Of a stretch of 64,000 nucleotides of DNA, positions 60,601-64,000 are shown piece by piece. The notes beneath the pieces are model-generated. The model saw only the letters and a program-made list of their open reading frames with translations. It ran no database searches and was not told the DNA's origin. Position 1 is the first letter of the stretch. Each line of letters opens with the position of its first letter. Both the position numbers and the translations under genes were made by a program. This DNA is from Paraphysomonas bandaiensis (lineage: Eukaryota; Protista; Chrysophyceae): NCBI GenBank assembly GCA_965644295.1, contig CBFFRP010000281.1, positions 434,001 through 498,000 of the forward strand, in the 5' to 3' direction.

Positions 60601-60826
60601 TATCCTTCTGTAGGAGGTAGGAATACATTTATTTGTTATTGATACTATATAGAAATTTGGAGGTTTATAGTTAATATAGTGCGATTACTATTCCCTAAGC
60701 ATACAGAATATAAAGTCGGACTCGCCTTTTCGAGGTATTCTGGAGATTAAATACCGGAAGAAACTAAAACACGAGCCGCGCATACAGTTGGCAGATATTG
60801 TTCTGCTTACTTATAGCCAAATGCCT
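60109..60826. repeat. Diverged inverted repeats of about 120 bp (60109-60236 / 60712-60826)
   Basis: AGCATTCGGCTATGAGT..AATATCTGC..GCGGCTC..TCCGGTA..CGAAAAGG.GCGAGTCCGA and its reverse complement. Confidence 0.75.
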
Positions 60827-62078
60827 ATGTGTGTCACATGTGTAGACGTCTTTGGGCCTTGACGAATAAACAGGCATCCGGGAATGGGCCCACCTCAAGG
60901 ACATCGGGGTATTGGGTTGCCTGCTGAAGTCAAACATCCGGGCTGTTCACCTTTTAAAAACAGAGAGCGAAAGTTGTTGCACCTTGATGATGCTTGCGGT
61001 GGCACACACACAAGCAGCTTTTGTAGCGCTAGATAGTAGATATCAGAGTTATGCACTACTGCACTACTTGGTACATTTGTTTTGCTACAACATTAGTCCT
61101 GACTCCGACACCCCTATTGCTAATAATCAGATATTTACTACTTGATGTAGCTCTCTGGAAGTGAATTATAGAGAACATAGTTAGTAATTGGTATTCTAAG
61201 TTAGTGATTTAAGTTTTCTACGATGGCACTTGTGGTTCGTATTGGCAGAATAGCGTTTGTTCATTTATATATGCGGGCAATTTGAAATACACGTACTTGT
61301 ATTATATTTTATATTTATCTTTCACCAGTACCTAATTCGTATTTTGTTACAATTATATACCAAAATAAACAATTACACCTATAGGGTAACGAATAAGATA
61401 CACAAAGAATTTGAAGTATACCAACTGTTGACTTTGAGTATTGAGTGACATCATGCTTGTAAGTGTGTCTTGATCTGAATAGTGCAAACAAATATCCTAG
61501 TTTTTAACTGCAAATAATATAATCAATGTAAGAAGGCAGGAACCCTGCAATTAACAAAAATGTACTTAATGGTTTGTTACTAAATAAGAATTTATATTAT
61601 ATTGATGCACAATCCACGACGCAGCAGTTATGCAATACAAGTTTCACGTTGATATATTTACGTCTATTTTACGTTTACATTTAAATTTATGAACACCGTA
61701 CCGTTTACATTACATTAACATATTTTCTTTTAGGATATTGGTTACACTTTGTCGCTGATAGCTAGAAATTATAATGAACGTTAGCCAGAAAGATACATAC
61801 ATAAGGACTTACCATGACAAGATAAATCGGAATCAAAACGTTTCAAAGAACCCTGACTAGTCAAACCTCTATAAGCTGAAGAGGTTTTACTGGATCTATT
61901 GATCTATATAAGCAGAGCATTAAACTTATTTTGCAAGTTACTTCAACTTACACTTTCGTCATAGTTGTAAATATCAAAATTTTCTACTCGGTTGATTTTC
62001 ACTAGAAGCATACATTAATATTCTCAGTGGGTAACTTGGTGTAGGCAAGGGTATTGATCCCAATGATTCACTAATCAA

Positions 62079-64000
62079 CTAACCTTCAGTGCTGAGATCG
62101 TCGTCACTAACATTTGACAATATGGACTGTAAGGGCACTGCAGTCGGTAATCCAGTATAACCAGAGTCGCTTCGCGAACGGGGAGAATCTATGGATATAT
62201 TATTTTGCATGGATGAGACTGTAGAGCTTATGTCGAAATCATTTTCCTCCTTCATATCTAGTGGCTGTTTTTTACTACCAATGGGAAGAGCAAATGCCTT
62301 AGTTAGACTTGTGTGTGCGGTGTAGACTTTGTTTGAAAAAATAGTTGGTTTAATCCGTTCACCAATAGAATATTCCGTCTTCCTCCGCCTGCAAACATGT
62401 CAGCATCATTAGTGAAACAAATAGAGGCTCCGTACAGTTGTACATTGACTCCCCCTTCGTCCGCAATTAGGCATGCTGGTGAAACTTTAGCGCACTTCAT
62501 ATTGTCGCATGAAGGTGACTGCGGTCCGCATTTATCGCTGCAACGGATTATAGGCATTGAGGTTCCACGGCGAATTGCTGGATTCGGAACTTCACCACAG
62601 TCACTATCACCAGAGTCATCCCCTAAACGCATCAATTACCACTACATAAACTAAAACATAGCAGTACCAACAACAGATGGGTTACTCAATATACCGCCCG
62701 CGTGGAACAATCCATCACCGTCAGCCATGGCCCATAAAAACTCTGCACTCGAAGCATAATTGTGTGTTAATTCGTATGCCCATAAATTACCTGAGTACGA
62801 TATGACACCATCTCCATTCATATCGCATTGATTTAATATATCCTGTATTCTTGCAGCCAATATTGGGTCCACAATGTCCTCCACAGATGAAACGTCATCT
62901 GTACAGACAAAGTACATATGATGGCCATGTACACTGGTAAACACTCCCGCTTACTTTCCCCTATCCGCACGAAACCGCCTTCGTTACCTAGCTCCTCTAA
63001 TTCCGCTCCTTTTCTGAATTTCCTTTCTTTAAGGTTAGCATGCATGTCTTGCGACTGGGAAAAGTCACTCTCTATGGAGGCATTACTCTGACTACCGTCT
63101 CGAATACCCGTACTACGACCACTACGAAAGGCCACATGAGCCCACGAGGTCAAAGTAGTATGACACTAGCGGTGTGATATACCCCACCTTTTAAAAAATC
63201 CAATACTCGACATTTTGCTCAACACCCTGGATGTACCACGCTGCAATGCACCTTCCTTATCCTGTTGCTCTTCGTTGCTAAGGCTATTCAACGGCCGAGT
63301 GCTTCGAGTACGGTGCCGCTTTGCATCAAGCACCCGCAGCAGATCTGCCACTGACAGAAACATGAGATTAAATATAAAAAAATCATCTAACATAATGAAA
63401 CAAATATATCACATCTATCATGAGACACGTACCTGTAATATGACCTTTCTTATCAATATCCAATAGCTCAAAGGCTTTATTCAGTTCATTGACATCCACT
63501 TCTCGAGGATCCATGGTGGCCGCCAGAAATTCAGTAAAAGATATCTGTTTATCATTGTTAATGTCAATTGCTTGAAACAAAGTGTCAGCATCTTGTGGAG
63601 AAAGAGTTTCTTGGGACATATACTGCATAGCGTCCACAAATTCTTCCTTGGATAGAGTGCCGTTATGATCACTGTCAAAGTTTTGAAAAAGAGTCCGTAA
63701 ACCATCAGTTCCATTACTCGGCTGGCTAAACACTACAGCGAGCATACTGGTCTTATGCAGAGAAGACATGAATGAAGCACGTCGCATATTGCTTAATATG
63801 CGGCCTATATCTTCAACAGTAGATGCACGCGTTTTCTGTGTCTCCATATAAAACGACGACGACGGATCGATCCACTCGTGCTCCAGTGCATCTTTAGCAT
63901 TCCATCGAGACCTGTGCGCAGAACTTCACTACGTCGCATCTAAAGCCAACTAAACTTTTAACATGCCTGTAGTCGTGATGCATCATATTCTGTACAAAAT
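62079..64000 (-). CDS. Calcium-dependent protein kinase-like, 3' part only (kinase end, junction, 4 EF-hands, Ser-rich tail)
   Basis: RWNAKDALEHEWI; DSDHNGTLSKEE, DINNDKQISFTE, DIDKKGHIT|VAD, DMNGDGVISYS|E. The 3' exon and stop at 62079-62081 are inferred. Confidence 0.8.

Overview
Eukaryotic nuclear DNA, gene-dense, with many short (about 50-70 nt) GT-AG introns. The gene content (CDPK, hybrid histidine kinase, cNMP-RGS, hAT remnants) suggests a stramenopile or similar protist; this is inference. Housekeeping genes: ABCF2, glutathione reductase, TatSF1, ALG10, GTP cyclohydrolase I, Ecdysoneless, ribose-5-phosphate isomerase. Two intronless bacterial-type genes: a NahK/APH-like sugar kinase (missed by the ORF track) and a short RtcB. 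One intact Ty1/copia element has identical LTRs and non-canonical TA...TA ends. There are also several hAT-type MITEs and decayed DNA transposons. A 20-38 kb block holds membrane-signalling genes in which key catalytic or ligand-binding residues are repeatedly lost, and a near-identical inverted gene pair brackets most of it. Most notable: an ABCF2 ATPase fused in frame, via a long coiled coil, to a DNAJC2/zuotin-type SANT domain; a pseudo-cytohesin (Sec7-PH lacking the glutamic finger); a probably ATP-binding-defective hybrid histidine kinase; and a copia element whose start codon is formed at the LTR/PBS junction. All calls come from manual reading; no database searches were run.
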